From Deltaproteobacteria bacterium (GTDB taxonomy: Bacteria; Desulfobacterota; Binatia; UBA9968): DNA of 64,000 bases. Location of the stretch: NCBI GenBank assembly GCA_016874755.1, contig VGTH01000005.1:51547-115546 (forward strand). The letters are read 5' to 3'. Numbering within the stretch: the first letter of the stretch is position 1; the number at the start of each line of letters is the position of its first letter. The notes beneath the pieces were generated by a model. The model ran no database searches. It was not told where the DNA came from and was given only the letters and a program-made list of their open reading frames with translations. A program made the position numbers and the translations under genes. This document shows, piece by piece, positions 36,619-45,546 of this stretch.

Positions 36619-38256
36619 TTATCGGACGGTTAGGCTCGCGCCTTTCGTCACGCCACCATAGGTAGCGCTGATCGTCGCCGAAATTCGTTTGCTACCTCGG
36701 GTTGTCGACACCGTGAAAGTCGCGGTTCGCGTTCCAGCCAGGACCGTAACAGTTGTCGGAACGCTGGCACGAGTCGGGCGGCTACTGGATAAATTGATGA
36801 CCGCTCCATCTGCTGGCGCGTTGCTGGTGAGCGTCACTGTGCCAATGGATGTCGCACCGCCACTCACACTAGTTGGATTCAAACTCAAAGATTGCAGTGC
36901 CACAGGATTCACGGTTAAGATCGTCGACTTCGTGACGCCCGCGTAAGTCGCCGTGATGTTGCCAATCGTCGTTGCGCTCACCGCGCTCGTGTTTACCGCG
37001 AAGTTTGCAGTCGTCGCGCTTGCTAATACTGTTACAGAAGCTGGCACAGTCACCGCTGGATTGGCGCTGCTCAAGCTTACGACAGCGCCGCCGTTTGGTG
37101 CTGCCGTCGTAAGCGAAACGGTACCGGTCGTTGATTGTCCTCCGGTGATGGTTCTTGGAGCAGCACTTACAGATGACAGCGAAGCCATTGTCGATGTCGT
37201 TGGATTGTAGCCGAGTTGAATGACTTCGAAATCGCTCGCCGTCAGACTGCGAAACGCTGGATTCAAAATGTTGTTGTTCCAGCGTGTGTCGTAGGTGCCG
37301 GTGACGAACATGTCCGAGCCGTTGTCGGCGACGATCGAGCCGTATTTCTGCATGGCGCGGAAGATTTTTTGGACGTTGGGATCGCTGGTGCGCTGCGCCA
37401 CATCGACGCTGGGTTTCAAGCGCAGCCGCGCACCCATCGGCAGCGCACCGGCGGTTGAACCGGCACGGTGTGACGCCGGGTAAACGTAGCCGTTGGTCGC
37501 GCGCACCGTAACCCGGAAGGCGTGCTTTATTCCAGCAACGTTGGGATCGTAGACTTCATCGTAGCGCACCAGACCTGGAAGAATCGCCAATCCTGCGGCA
37601 TCCGCTGACGTCCAGGTATCGGGGCGGCGATCGTTGGTGTTCATGTCGAAGAATGCGCCAGAGCCACCAAACCACTTCCCCTGCGCTGAATCGTAGTAAA
37701 CGTTGTAGAGCTCATAGAGATGGTTGCTATCTTTGTCGACGATCAGCAAGTGCCGGTCCTGCGAGTTGCGCCGATCAATGTTGCCCGGCTCGCCGCCTTC
37801 AATCCATTTCCCTTCGGTGATCGCCTGCGGCGGAATCGGATAAAAAGGCACGCCTTTGCCGGTGTTATAATCAACACCGTCGCTTTCATCCCAATATTGA
37901 AACTGCACCGGCTTACGGTCGGCATCGGTGAGGTTTGTCACGACGGCATAGGGGATACCGTAGATACCGTATTGTGTGCCATCGTTGCCGCCGAAGTCAG
38001 GATGAAGCCGGCGCGTGCCGCCATTGTTGATGAAAGAAATGTAGTTGGTGGAATTCTGATCGACGGGCCAGCTGCTGATATCGAGATTCCACCAATTGTC
38101 GGCGGGGAAAAGCGGCAACGGCTGCGGCAGCGCGCCACCGCGCACCGCGTCCATGGCCAACGCTGGTGCCGAAGCGACGAAGAACGCCATCAGTGTCACC
38201 ACGGCGATGACAGCGGTTAACCGTCTAGAGAAAAGACGAAGCCGAGTTCGCAGCAT
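36619..38256 (-). CDS. secreted protein with an uncharacterised N-terminal domain and 2-3 C-terminal Ig-like tandem repeats
   Basis: Signal peptide. C-terminal half contains reiterated modules of about 85 aa (L.SL.L.P.SV.GG.S.GTV.L...AP.GGAV..LSS..P....VP..VTV.AG...A.F.V.T...I.A.Y.GVTK..LTV). Confidence 0.6.
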   Translation of the reverse strand: MLRTRLRLFSRRLTAVIAVVTLMAFFVASAPALAMDAVRGGALPQPLPLFPADNWWNLDISSWPVDQNSTNYISFINNGGTRRLHPDFGGNDGTQYGIYGIPYAVVTNLTDADRKPVQFQYWDESDGVDYNTGKGVPFYPIPPQAITEGKWIEGGEPGNIDRRNSQDRHLLIVDKDSNHLYELYNVYYDSAQGKWFGGSGAFFDMNTNDRRPDTWTSADAAGLAILPGLVRYDEVYDPNVAGIKHAFRVTVRATNGYVYPASHRAGSTAGALPMGARLRLKPSVDVAQRTSDPNVQKIFRAMQKYGSIVADNGSDMFVTGTYDTRWNNNILNPAFRSLTASDFEVIQLGYNPTTSTMASLSSVSAAPRTITGGQSTTGTVSLTTAAPNGGAVVSLSSANPAVTVPASVTVLASATTANFAVNTSAVSATTIGNITATYAGVTKSTILTVNPVALQSLSLNPTSVSGGATSIGTVTLTSNAPADGAVINLSSSRPTRASVPTTVTVLAGTRTATFTVSTTRGSKRISATISATYGGVTKGASLTVR

Positions 38257-38480
38257 GCTTCGCTCCTTTTTTATGGAATTCCGCCGAAACAGCGCAAGTC
38301 ATGTGCCAGGAAGACGTGACTTTGCAATGCTTACGAAACGATGGACAGAAACCGCCGACGAGCGACAAGGTTTCTGCGCAGAACGATGCCACAACAGGTT
38401 TACGCAAACGGAAATGTGCACGAAGACCTGCAACAGCGTAGGAGAAAGCTAATTTGGGTGGAGAGATAAATAGACAGAAA

Positions 38481-38516
38481 CGAAAAAACCAAGGGCGTGA
38501 TGAATCACGCCCCTAC
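38481..38516 (-). terminator. intrinsic terminator with GTAGGGGCG hairpin after the MR/MLE-family gene
   Basis: Minus strand reads gtaggggcgtgattcatcacgccc ttggttttttcg. Confidence 0.7.
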
Positions 38517-38565
38517 AAAATCCGAACTTTGCCCTCTTGCGCCTCTGCGCGAGATAATCCGAAAA

Positions 38566-39726
38566 TCAGTTGTGGCTCGCCTGCAGCACCGGCTGCCGGA
38601 TCGTCAAGTCTTCGTTCCCAGCGAAAGCAAAACGCTTCAGCGCCACTGGATCGAGCTCTATACCCAAGCCGGGTTTATCCGGCGGAATCAGAGATCCCTT
38701 TTCGAATCGCACCGGCTCTTTCAACAGCTCTTCGCGTAGCGGGTTGTAGGTGTAATCGAGCTCCATGACGATGCACTCTTGCACAGCCGCGGACAGATGC
38801 ACGCTCGCTGCTAGCGCGACCGCATCGCCCCAGGTGTGAAAGGAAACTTGCACGTTGTTCTTTGCTGCCAGGGCGGCAACTTTGCGAATTTCAGTGACAC
38901 CGCCGACGCGCGCGACATCCGGCTGTAAGAAATCCACCGCGCCGCGGGCGATGAAATTTTCGAAGGCGTAGCGCATCTGCAAGTTCTCACCGACGGCGAT
39001 GGGCACTTTGCCTTCGCGACGCAAGAGCGCGTGCCCTTCGACGTCCTCAACAAACAGCGGTTCCTCTAACCAGAAGGCGCCGCTGTCGGCGAACGCCGCT
39101 GCCGCTTTGAGGCCGACGTCAATAGAATAGCCCTGGTTAGCGTCGGTCATGACGACAAAGTCTTTGCCTAGTTCCTGGCGCACGGCGCGGACGATGCGGA
39201 TGTCTTGATCGAGATCGAAGCCGACTTTGATTTTGACGCCGTGAAAGCCCTGCTCGGCGAAATCGTAGGCGCGCTTGACGACTTTGGAAACTTCTTCTGG
39301 ATAGAGCGCCGTCGCATACACCGGAACTTTGTCGCGGACTTTTCCGCCGAGGAGTTTGTAGAGCGGCTGGCCCTTCACTTTGCCGAGAATATCCCACAGC
39401 GCGATGTCGACACCGCTCAGCGCGATGACGCCCACACCGCGTGTGCCAAACTCTTTGTGCCCACCGCGATAGTAAGCTTTGTCCCAGACTGCATCGATAT
39501 TCGTCGGATCCATGCCGACCAGCATCGGTTTCAAAACCTTCGAAATGACCGCGTCGATCATCTCGCCGTTGCCAGAGGCGGAGCCGATGCCGCTGACGCC
39601 ATCGTCGGTGTCAACCTGAACGAGATTGGTCGCACGCATGGTGCGCACACCGGAACGGCTAAACACCTGGCCGGAGGCCGGCAGCTCAGTGCGCAAACGG
39701 ATGGTTTTGATGCCTGTGATCTGCAT
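38566..39726 (-). CDS. mandelate racemase/muconate lactonizing enzyme family protein (enolase superfamily)
   Basis: MQITGIKTIRLR N-terminal capping domain and the KxK / D / E / D metal-ligand pattern (KIKVGFDLDQD). Confidence 0.88.
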   Translation of the reverse strand: MQITGIKTIRLRTELPASGQVFSRSGVRTMRATNLVQVDTDDGVSGIGSASGNGEMIDAVISKVLKPMLVGMDPTNIDAVWDKAYYRGGHKEFGTRGVGVIALSGVDIALWDILGKVKGQPLYKLLGGKVRDKVPVYATALYPEEVSKVVKRAYDFAEQGFHGVKIKVGFDLDQDIRIVRAVRQELGKDFVVMTDANQGYSIDVGLKAAAAFADSGAFWLEEPLFVEDVEGHALLRREGKVPIAVGENLQMRYAFENFIARGAVDFLQPDVARVGGVTEIRKVAALAAKNNVQVSFHTWGDAVALAASVHLSAAVQECIVMELDYTYNPLREELLKEPVRFEKGSLIPPDKPGLGIELDPVALKRFAFAGNEDLTIRQPVLQASHN

Positions 39727-39758
39727 AGAGATTACTTTTTCGGATTCGGATTATGTAA

Positions 39759-39910
39759 CCGCAAAGAACGCAGAGAACGCAAAGAAATACAAAATTCGCG
39801 ATGACCATTACCGCTTGACCAGCTCTCAACGTATCTTATTGTGAGTGGTAAAATCCCCCAAGTCCGAGCGCGCGCAGCGCGCCTTTGTGTTCTTTGCGTT
39901 GCGGTTAAAT
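39759..39910. repeat. left repeat blocks flanking the cupin gene (3 x 9-bp CGCARAGAA iterons plus a second degenerate block)
   Basis: cgcaaagaa cgcagagaa cgcaaagaa at 39759-39790. Related block ...tgtgttctttgcgttgcggttaaat at 39869-39910. Confidence 0.65.
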
Positions 39911-39920
39911 TCTCCGGTTC

Positions 39921-40352
39921 TTATTTCATTTCCCAGAACTGCCCCGGGATCGCTTCGCCGTCCACCGTGATGTACGTATTCTCTACATCGGTCCGCTTGT
40001 TCCCTTCGGTGTCCATGCGGGTGAACTCCGGCGTGCCTTCGAGCGCGCTTACGCGCAGGAGTGCCAGTGGGATCGTGCCGGAGTTTTCAAAATAATAGTA
40101 AACCCCAGCGGGCAGCATGATCGCCTCGCCTTTGTTGAGAGTCTTCGGCTGATGTTCTTTATTGTAAAACGTCGCCTGACCGTCGAGCACGATGAATGTA
40201 TGGTCTTCGCCAAAGTGGGCGTGGAGTTTGTTTTTCCGCCCGGGCGCGTAGTAGTTGATACCCACCGACATCCGTTGGGTATCCGCCAGCGGAATGTGAC
40301 TGCGCCCGCCGGTGATCTTTGGGGTTTTGAGCTGATAGGTAAAAGCGTCCAT
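39921..40352 (-). CDS. cupin domain protein
   Basis: 143 aa with HAHFGEDHTFIVLDGQATF cupin motif 1 and LPAGVYYYFEN motif 2. Confidence 0.75.
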   Translation of the reverse strand: MDAFTYQLKTPKITGGRSHIPLADTQRMSVGINYYAPGRKNKLHAHFGEDHTFIVLDGQATFYNKEHQPKTLNKGEAIMLPAGVYYYFENSGTIPLALLRVSALEGTPEFTRMDTEGNKRTDVENTYITVDGEAIPGQFWEMK

Positions 40353-40387
40353 TAGTGTCCTCCAAACGATAAAAGGGTTTGTCTGCT

Positions 40388-40486
40388 TATCTTTGCGTTC
40401 TCTGCGTACTTTGCGGTTAAATGGTGCGTTTCACAATCTGGGCGCGCAGCGCCTTTTGTGCTTCCTTGTGCTCTTTGTGGTTTCCC
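40388..40486. repeat. right repeat blocks flanking the cupin gene
   Basis: tatctttgcgttctctgcgtactttgcgg (40388-40417) is the inverted copy of the left iteron block. 40441-40486 (gcgcgcagcgccttttgtgcttccttgtgctctttgtgg) is a direct copy of 39869-39910. Confidence 0.65.
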
Positions 40487-40583
40487 AATCCGTCTTCCCC
40501 TATACCCCAGCCGCTTCTCCTTGAAAAGAGTCGCATCCCTGGTCTATTTTGAGCGCGACTAAGGACCGGAAAGGAATTCGCAC

Positions 40584-41492
40584 ATGGCCAACATCGGACT
40601 CTGCTGGGTTAACCCCGCCCCACTCACCAAAGGTGAAAATCTCATCAACTTCGCCAAAAAGACCGAAGCGATGGGCGCGCACTCGATGTGGACCATCGAC
40701 CGCATCGCTTACGACAATTTGGAGCCACTAACCCTGCTGGCCGCTGCTGCAGGTGTGACGCAAAGAATTCGCCTTGGCACGTCCGTGTTGCTCGGCAACA
40801 CGCGCCACGCGGCGCACTTGGCCAAGATCGTCGCGACCATCGATTACATCTCCAATGGCCGCATCACCCTCGGCCTCGGCTTCGGCAGCCGCGAGCCGGA
40901 CTACAAAGCCATCGAAGTGCCCTGGGATCACCGCGGTACCCGAGCCGTCGAACAAGTTCAATTGATGAAACGGCTCTGGACCGAAGACAACGTTACTCAC
41001 AAAGGCAGATTCTACAACGTGGAAAACCTCACCCTTGGCCCAAAACCAATCCAAAAACCCCACCCACCGCTCTGGACGGGCGGCAGCGCCGAGACATCGC
41101 TGAAGCGCGCCGGCATGTGGGCTGACGGCTTCATCTCCGGCAGCTCCGCCATTGCCGACTTCCACGTCACCTGGGACAAAATCGCCAGCTACGCCGTCGC
41201 CGCCGGCCGGGACCCAAACAAGATTACCAAAGCCAGCCTGGCCTTCATGGCGATCAACGACGACAAAGCCAAAGCGATCAAAGCCGTCGAAGATTACACG
41301 ACACGCTACTACGGGCGCGTGAGAACGCCAGTTGAACCGGTGTCGATTGTTGGTGGAGCTGAGCAGTGCATCGACAAGATTCAATATTTTCTGAGTAAGG
41401 GACTCGACACATTGATCATCGGCGTGGCCGATCCGGATCCGCGGCAACTAGATTTGTTTGGGGAGAAGGTCTTGCCGAAGGTGAAGGCTTAG
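40584..41492 (+). CDS. luciferase-like monooxygenase (LLM, flavin or F420-dependent oxidoreductase)
   Basis: MANIGLCWVNP...HSMWTIDRIAYDNLEPLTLLAAAAGVTQRIRLGTSVLL TIM-barrel LLM signature. Confidence 0.88.
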   Translation: MANIGLCWVNPAPLTKGENLINFAKKTEAMGAHSMWTIDRIAYDNLEPLTLLAAAAGVTQRIRLGTSVLLGNTRHAAHLAKIVATIDYISNGRITLGLGFGSREPDYKAIEVPWDHRGTRAVEQVQLMKRLWTEDNVTHKGRFYNVENLTLGPKPIQKPHPPLWTGGSAETSLKRAGMWADGFISGSSAIADFHVTWDKIASYAVAAGRDPNKITKASLAFMAINDDKAKAIKAVEDYTTRYYGRVRTPVEPVSIVGGAEQCIDKIQYFLSKGLDTLIIGVADPDPRQLDLFGEKVLPKVKA

Positions 41493-41559
41493 CAAGATGA
41501 ATTAACGGATCTTTATTCGAGGCGATCACCAAATTCGATCACCTGCGAACTGCGACACA

Positions 41560-41932
41560 AGGATTATCCGCCGTTTCTTGCAGCGTTAAAAAACGTATCG
41601 TCAACGCACGTACCAAGGCAGCCCGTGCAATCAATCGCGAATTGGTTTTGCTGTATTAGGACATCGGTCGGGGGATCCTCGAAAAGCAACAGACCGCTGG
41701 ATGGGGCGATTCCGTGGTAGAGCGGCTTGCTGCAGACTTGCGCACCGCGTTCCCCGATATGAGCGGTTTCTCTGTGGCGAATCTGTGGCGGATGAAACAG
41801 CTTTTTCTCGAACACAACTCACCGGAATTTCTCTCACAAGCTGTGAGAGAATTGGTTGCGGCCGAGCAACGCTTCACAGGGTGCAACGTCAAGAAACTCT
41901 TGACTGCCGGCGATATCACTTCAGTTGCCTAG
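41560..41932 (+). pseudogene. YhcG/DUF1016-family PD-(D/E)XK nuclease gene remnant with an in-frame TAG and C-terminal truncation
   Basis: ...KKRIVNARTKAARAINRELVLLY*DIGRGILEKQQTAGWGDSVVERLAADLRTAFPDMSGFSVANLWRMKQLF matches the conserved DUF1016 N-terminus (aNsaLVlLYWeIGrrIledqq...GFSrrNLryMRqFy). The stop at 41657-41659 replaces the conserved Trp. The ORF ends after about 125 codons. Confidence 0.6.
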
Positions 41933-42029
41933 AGATCTAAAAGATGGTCTGAAAAATAGATATTTTATGCGTATGCTGAATCGTTACCCTGCCAACTAAC
42001 GCCGCTTTCTACTACTCGCAACTAGCCTC

Positions 42030-42497
42030 ATGGGACTTCAGTTGATTGGTGCGCCGCATTTCGCGCGGGCCCAAGAAACAATTCATCTCGCGCTGCCTTC
42101 TAAGGCTTTTCAATTTTCCATCGCCCGTGACCGCGGTTATATGAAGGAAGAAGCGCCTGGCGGCCCTAGCCAGCGCCTGCCTCGGCCTCGCCACCAATTG
42201 CAGTCCTACAAATCAACTAACGAGGCCTTTCCTGAAGACCTTACAGGCATCCCGGCAACGAATCTCACCGACCCTTGGGGCAATGCCTACGAATATCTCA
42301 AGATCGAAGGCGCGGATACAAAGTCCAAGGGCAACATGCGCAAGGATAAAAATCTGGTGCCAATCAACTCCGACTTCGACCTCTACAGCAAGGGCGCGGA
42401 CGGCAAATCCACCGCGCCGCTCACGGCGTCCGCAAGCCGAGACGATGTAGTGCGTGCCAACGATGGGCGCTATTTCGGGCTTGGAGAAAATTACTAG
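42030..42497 (+). pseudogene. chimeric ORF: NMT1-SBP N-terminal fragment fused to a fragment resembling a GspG pseudopilin C-terminus
   Basis: Residues 15-43 (IHLALPSKAFQFSIARDRGYMKEEA) parallel LQQIIFPLAVERGYMKEEDIDL of the intact NMT1 paralogs. The C-terminal part DPWGNAYEYL...FDLYSKGADGK resembles GspG pseudopilin C-termini. No prepilin leader is present. Confidence 0.35.
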
Positions 42498-42715
42498 CAG
42501 GTTCTGTCGTCGGTCGAAATGAAAAGCAGCGTTATCGACCTCTGAGACCTACCGTATCGCAGAGATTGCACGCCGAGGCACGAAAGCGCGATGCCACGAG
42601 ACGCGCTTCGCGAAATACGCTCCCGTCTCTCACCCCGGGAGTTTGAGAGTTTTTCACAGCCATGTACACTGGGCGCCGGATCGATTGTGCTTGATTCAAT
42701 CGTTCGAGGCACTGA

Positions 42716-44167
42716 ATGGCTGCACGCACTGGCGCTCAATATCTTGCCGGGCTCGCCGACCAACGTGAGATTTGGTTTGATGGTCGGCGTGTCGCAGGCG
42801 TTGTCCAACATCCCATCCTCGGCCGGATGGCGCGCACGCTTGCCGACTTATACGATCTTCAGTGCGATCCGGCGCTGCGCGAGCAACTGACCTATACTTC
42901 GCCGTCATCCGGCACATCTGTTGGGCTTTCATTTCTGCAGCCGCGCAGCGTCGATAATTTGATCCGCAAACGCGGTATGTATAAGCACTGGGCCAACTAT
43001 AGCGGCGGCATGCTCGGGCGCACACCGGATTATTTGAACGCGATTCTTGCCGGGTGTGCTTCGGCCAAGTCCTATTTTGCGAAGAATGGCGCGGAGTACG
43101 CCGAGCGAATCGTTGCCTATTACGAGCACTGCCGCGAACAGGATCTGTGCGCGACCCACACGTTTGTCGACCCGCAGATCAATCGCGCGCGCAGCCAGTC
43201 CGAACAGCGCGATCCGACCGTGCCGCTGCATATCGTCGGCGAGAATGCCCAGGGACTCATAGTAAGCGGCGCGCGCATGCTGGCGACGTTGGCGCCGTAT
43301 TCAGACGAGCTCTACGTTTTTCCTTCGCCGTCGCGCACGCAGCAGAGCGATGCGCCCAAGTTTGCGTTCGCGTTCGCAGTGCCGGTGGCCACGCCGGGGC
43401 TGAAATTCATCTGTCGCGAGAGCCTCGACAGCGGCGGTGCGCCGAGCGACTATCCGCTGACGGCGCGCTTCGAAGAAATGGACGCCGTGGCGGTGTTTCA
43501 TGAAGTGGTCGTGCCCTGGGAGCGGGTCTTTCTCAAAGGCGATATTTCGCTCTGTAATAGATTGTTTCGCGAGACGCCGGCGTTTCTCCACGGCATTCAT
43601 CAGTTCACGGTTAAGAACCTTGCCAAGGCGGAATTCATCCTCGGTGTGGCAACTCTGGTTGCGGAAGCGATCGGCCGCATCGAGATGGCGGAGTACCAAC
43701 GCATGCTCGGCGAGATCGTCGACGTCGTCGAAACGCTGCGCGCCTACATCCGTTCCGCGGAGGCCGACGCTATCACTGACGAGCACGGCTTTGTTCATCC
43801 CAATCCCAATATCATGTCGACGGCGCGCAATTATTTCCCGAAGGCTTATCCGAGAATCGTCGAAATTCTGCAGCTGATCGGTTCGAGCGGCTTGATGGCG
43901 ACGCCCAGCGAGAAAGATTTGACTGCGCCGGCGCTGTCGGAAGACATCGACCGCTACTATCAATCGGCGACGTTGATGGGCAAAGAGCGGGTGCAGCTAT
44001 TTCGCTTGGCTTGGGATCTTTCTTGCAGCGCCTTTGCCGGTCGTCAGGTTTTGTACGAGAGATTTTTCGCGGGCGATCCGTTCCTATTGATGGCGAGCCG
44101 GTTTACGAGCTATGACCGAAGCGAAGCCGTGGCCCGGGTCAAGAAAATGCTGGGGAGAAGCGCGTAG
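42716..44167 (+). CDS. HpaB/TftD-family two-component flavin-dependent aromatic monooxygenase, oxygenase component
   Basis: YSGGMLGRTPDYLNA, IVSGARMLATLAPYSDE and MDAVAVFHEVVVPWERVFL align with conserved HpaB blocks. 483 aa. Confidence 0.8.
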   Translation: MAARTGAQYLAGLADQREIWFDGRRVAGVVQHPILGRMARTLADLYDLQCDPALREQLTYTSPSSGTSVGLSFLQPRSVDNLIRKRGMYKHWANYSGGMLGRTPDYLNAILAGCASAKSYFAKNGAEYAERIVAYYEHCREQDLCATHTFVDPQINRARSQSEQRDPTVPLHIVGENAQGLIVSGARMLATLAPYSDELYVFPSPSRTQQSDAPKFAFAFAVPVATPGLKFICRESLDSGGAPSDYPLTARFEEMDAVAVFHEVVVPWERVFLKGDISLCNRLFRETPAFLHGIHQFTVKNLAKAEFILGVATLVAEAIGRIEMAEYQRMLGEIVDVVETLRAYIRSAEADAITDEHGFVHPNPNIMSTARNYFPKAYPRIVEILQLIGSSGLMATPSEKDLTAPALSEDIDRYYQSATLMGKERVQLFRLAWDLSCSAFAGRQVLYERFFAGDPFLLMASRFTSYDRSEAVARVKKMLGRSA

Positions 44168-44188
44168 CGAATCAACGCAGGAGCAAAC

Positions 44189-45172
44189 ATGAACATCGAT
44201 TTTCACGCCCATATTTATCCCGAAGATTATCTGAAGAAGCTCGAAGCCTCGACCGGCGACGTGCGCATCGAAACCGACGCCAAGGGGCAGAAGTGGATAT
44301 TGAGCATGGGCGCCAAGGCCGGGCCGATCACGCCCGACTTTTTCGACGGCGACACGCGAGTGGCGCGGATCACGGAGAACCGGGTCGACATGCAGATTTT
44401 GTCTTCGCCCCATCCCGGCGTCGACCGCTTCTCGCCCAGTGAAAGCGCTGAGATGAGCCGGATCATCAACGATGGCATCGCGACACTGGTGCGGAAATAT
44501 CCAAAACATTTTCAAGGCGTGTGCATGCTGCCGCTGATCGATACCAAGCTGGCGTTGAAGGAATTAGATCGCGCCGTGCTTGATTTGGGATTGAAGGGCA
44601 TGTGTATGCTGTCCAACGTCGCAGGAAAAACCTCCGATGCCGATTTCTTGCTGCCGGTCTACGAGCGCACCCAGGAGCTAGGTGTGCCGATTTTTATTCA
44701 CCCGACCACGCCGCTGGGCGCGGCGGTGATGCAGGAATGGCGGCTGGCGATCATTCTCGGCTTTGAGTTCGACATCGTTTTGTCGGCAACGCGGCTGGCC
44801 TATTCGGGTATTCTCGATCGTTTTCCCGAATTGAATTTTGTGATTTCCCATCTCGGCGCTGGCATTCCGTTCCTCGCCGGGCGCATCGACCGTGGCTACT
44901 TCGATCCGACCTGCGGTATCAAGACAAAGAAACCGACGTCGGAGTACCTGCGCGATCTCTATTGCGACACTGTGTCATTTTACCAACCGGCGCTGCAGAT
45001 GGCGTACGATTTCTACGGTGCGGAGCGAATGGTTCTAGGCAGCGACTTCCCGCTGATCATCGGCGATTTGCCCGGTGCCGTGCCGAGCATCGAGGCGATG
45101 AATATTCCGAACCGGGAGAAGGAAAAAATTCTCGGCGAGAACGTCAAACGGCTGCTCAAGTTGAGTATTTAG
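44189..45172 (+). CDS. amidohydrolase-2 family protein (ACMSD/decarboxylase-like)
   Basis: MNIDFHAHIYPEDYL and the TIM-barrel metal-ligand pattern. 22 nt downstream of the HpaB-like gene. Confidence 0.88.
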   Translation: MNIDFHAHIYPEDYLKKLEASTGDVRIETDAKGQKWILSMGAKAGPITPDFFDGDTRVARITENRVDMQILSSPHPGVDRFSPSESAEMSRIINDGIATLVRKYPKHFQGVCMLPLIDTKLALKELDRAVLDLGLKGMCMLSNVAGKTSDADFLLPVYERTQELGVPIFIHPTTPLGAAVMQEWRLAIILGFEFDIVLSATRLAYSGILDRFPELNFVISHLGAGIPFLAGRIDRGYFDPTCGIKTKKPTSEYLRDLYCDTVSFYQPALQMAYDFYGAERMVLGSDFPLIIGDLPGAVPSIEAMNIPNREKEKILGENVKRLLKLSI

Positions 45173-45212
45173 GTCGCAAGTTGAAAAGCCATCGAAGCCA
45201 AGCAGGGAAAGC

Positions 45213-45349
45213 ATGAGCTACAACGGATATACCGTCATCGACGCTCACCACATGCTAAACCGGTAGCCGCTATGGCCCGTCGCCCCCGCGTATTTGCTCC
45301 AGGATTGCTCTATCACGTCATCGTCCGCGGCAATCAGCGGGGAACATAG
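45213..45349 (+). mobile_element. remnants: amidohydrolase-2 N-terminal fragment followed by an IS200/RAYT-like transposase N-terminal fragment
   Basis: 45213-45263 MSYNGYTVIDAHHMLNR* (compare MARNGYKIFDADTHV). 45272-45349 MARRPRVFAPGLLYHVIVRGNQRGT*, the hallmark start of IS200-like/REP-associated tyrosine transposases. Confidence 0.45.
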
Positions 45350-45546
45350 GGAAAGCTCCTTTCGCTTTCAGCACGCCGATAATCAACAAAGGCCAATCAC
45401 GGGCTCACACGCCGTCAAGGAAAATCGGAAATCATAAACGAATGCAGCGGCTTACCATCCGTAGCGCAAGTGTGAGCATTTGTGCTATAAGGCAAGAGCT
45501 TGAATTGCATGTGTTTTCTAATGCTTGGGCGAAAGGAAGGTTACAC

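Noticed and set aside
42138-42500. Alternative frame through the chimeric ORF giving a lipoprotein-like RKKRLAALASACLGLATNC segment
   Set aside because: No start codon in that frame after the preceding stop. Considered a coincidence of GC-rich sequence.
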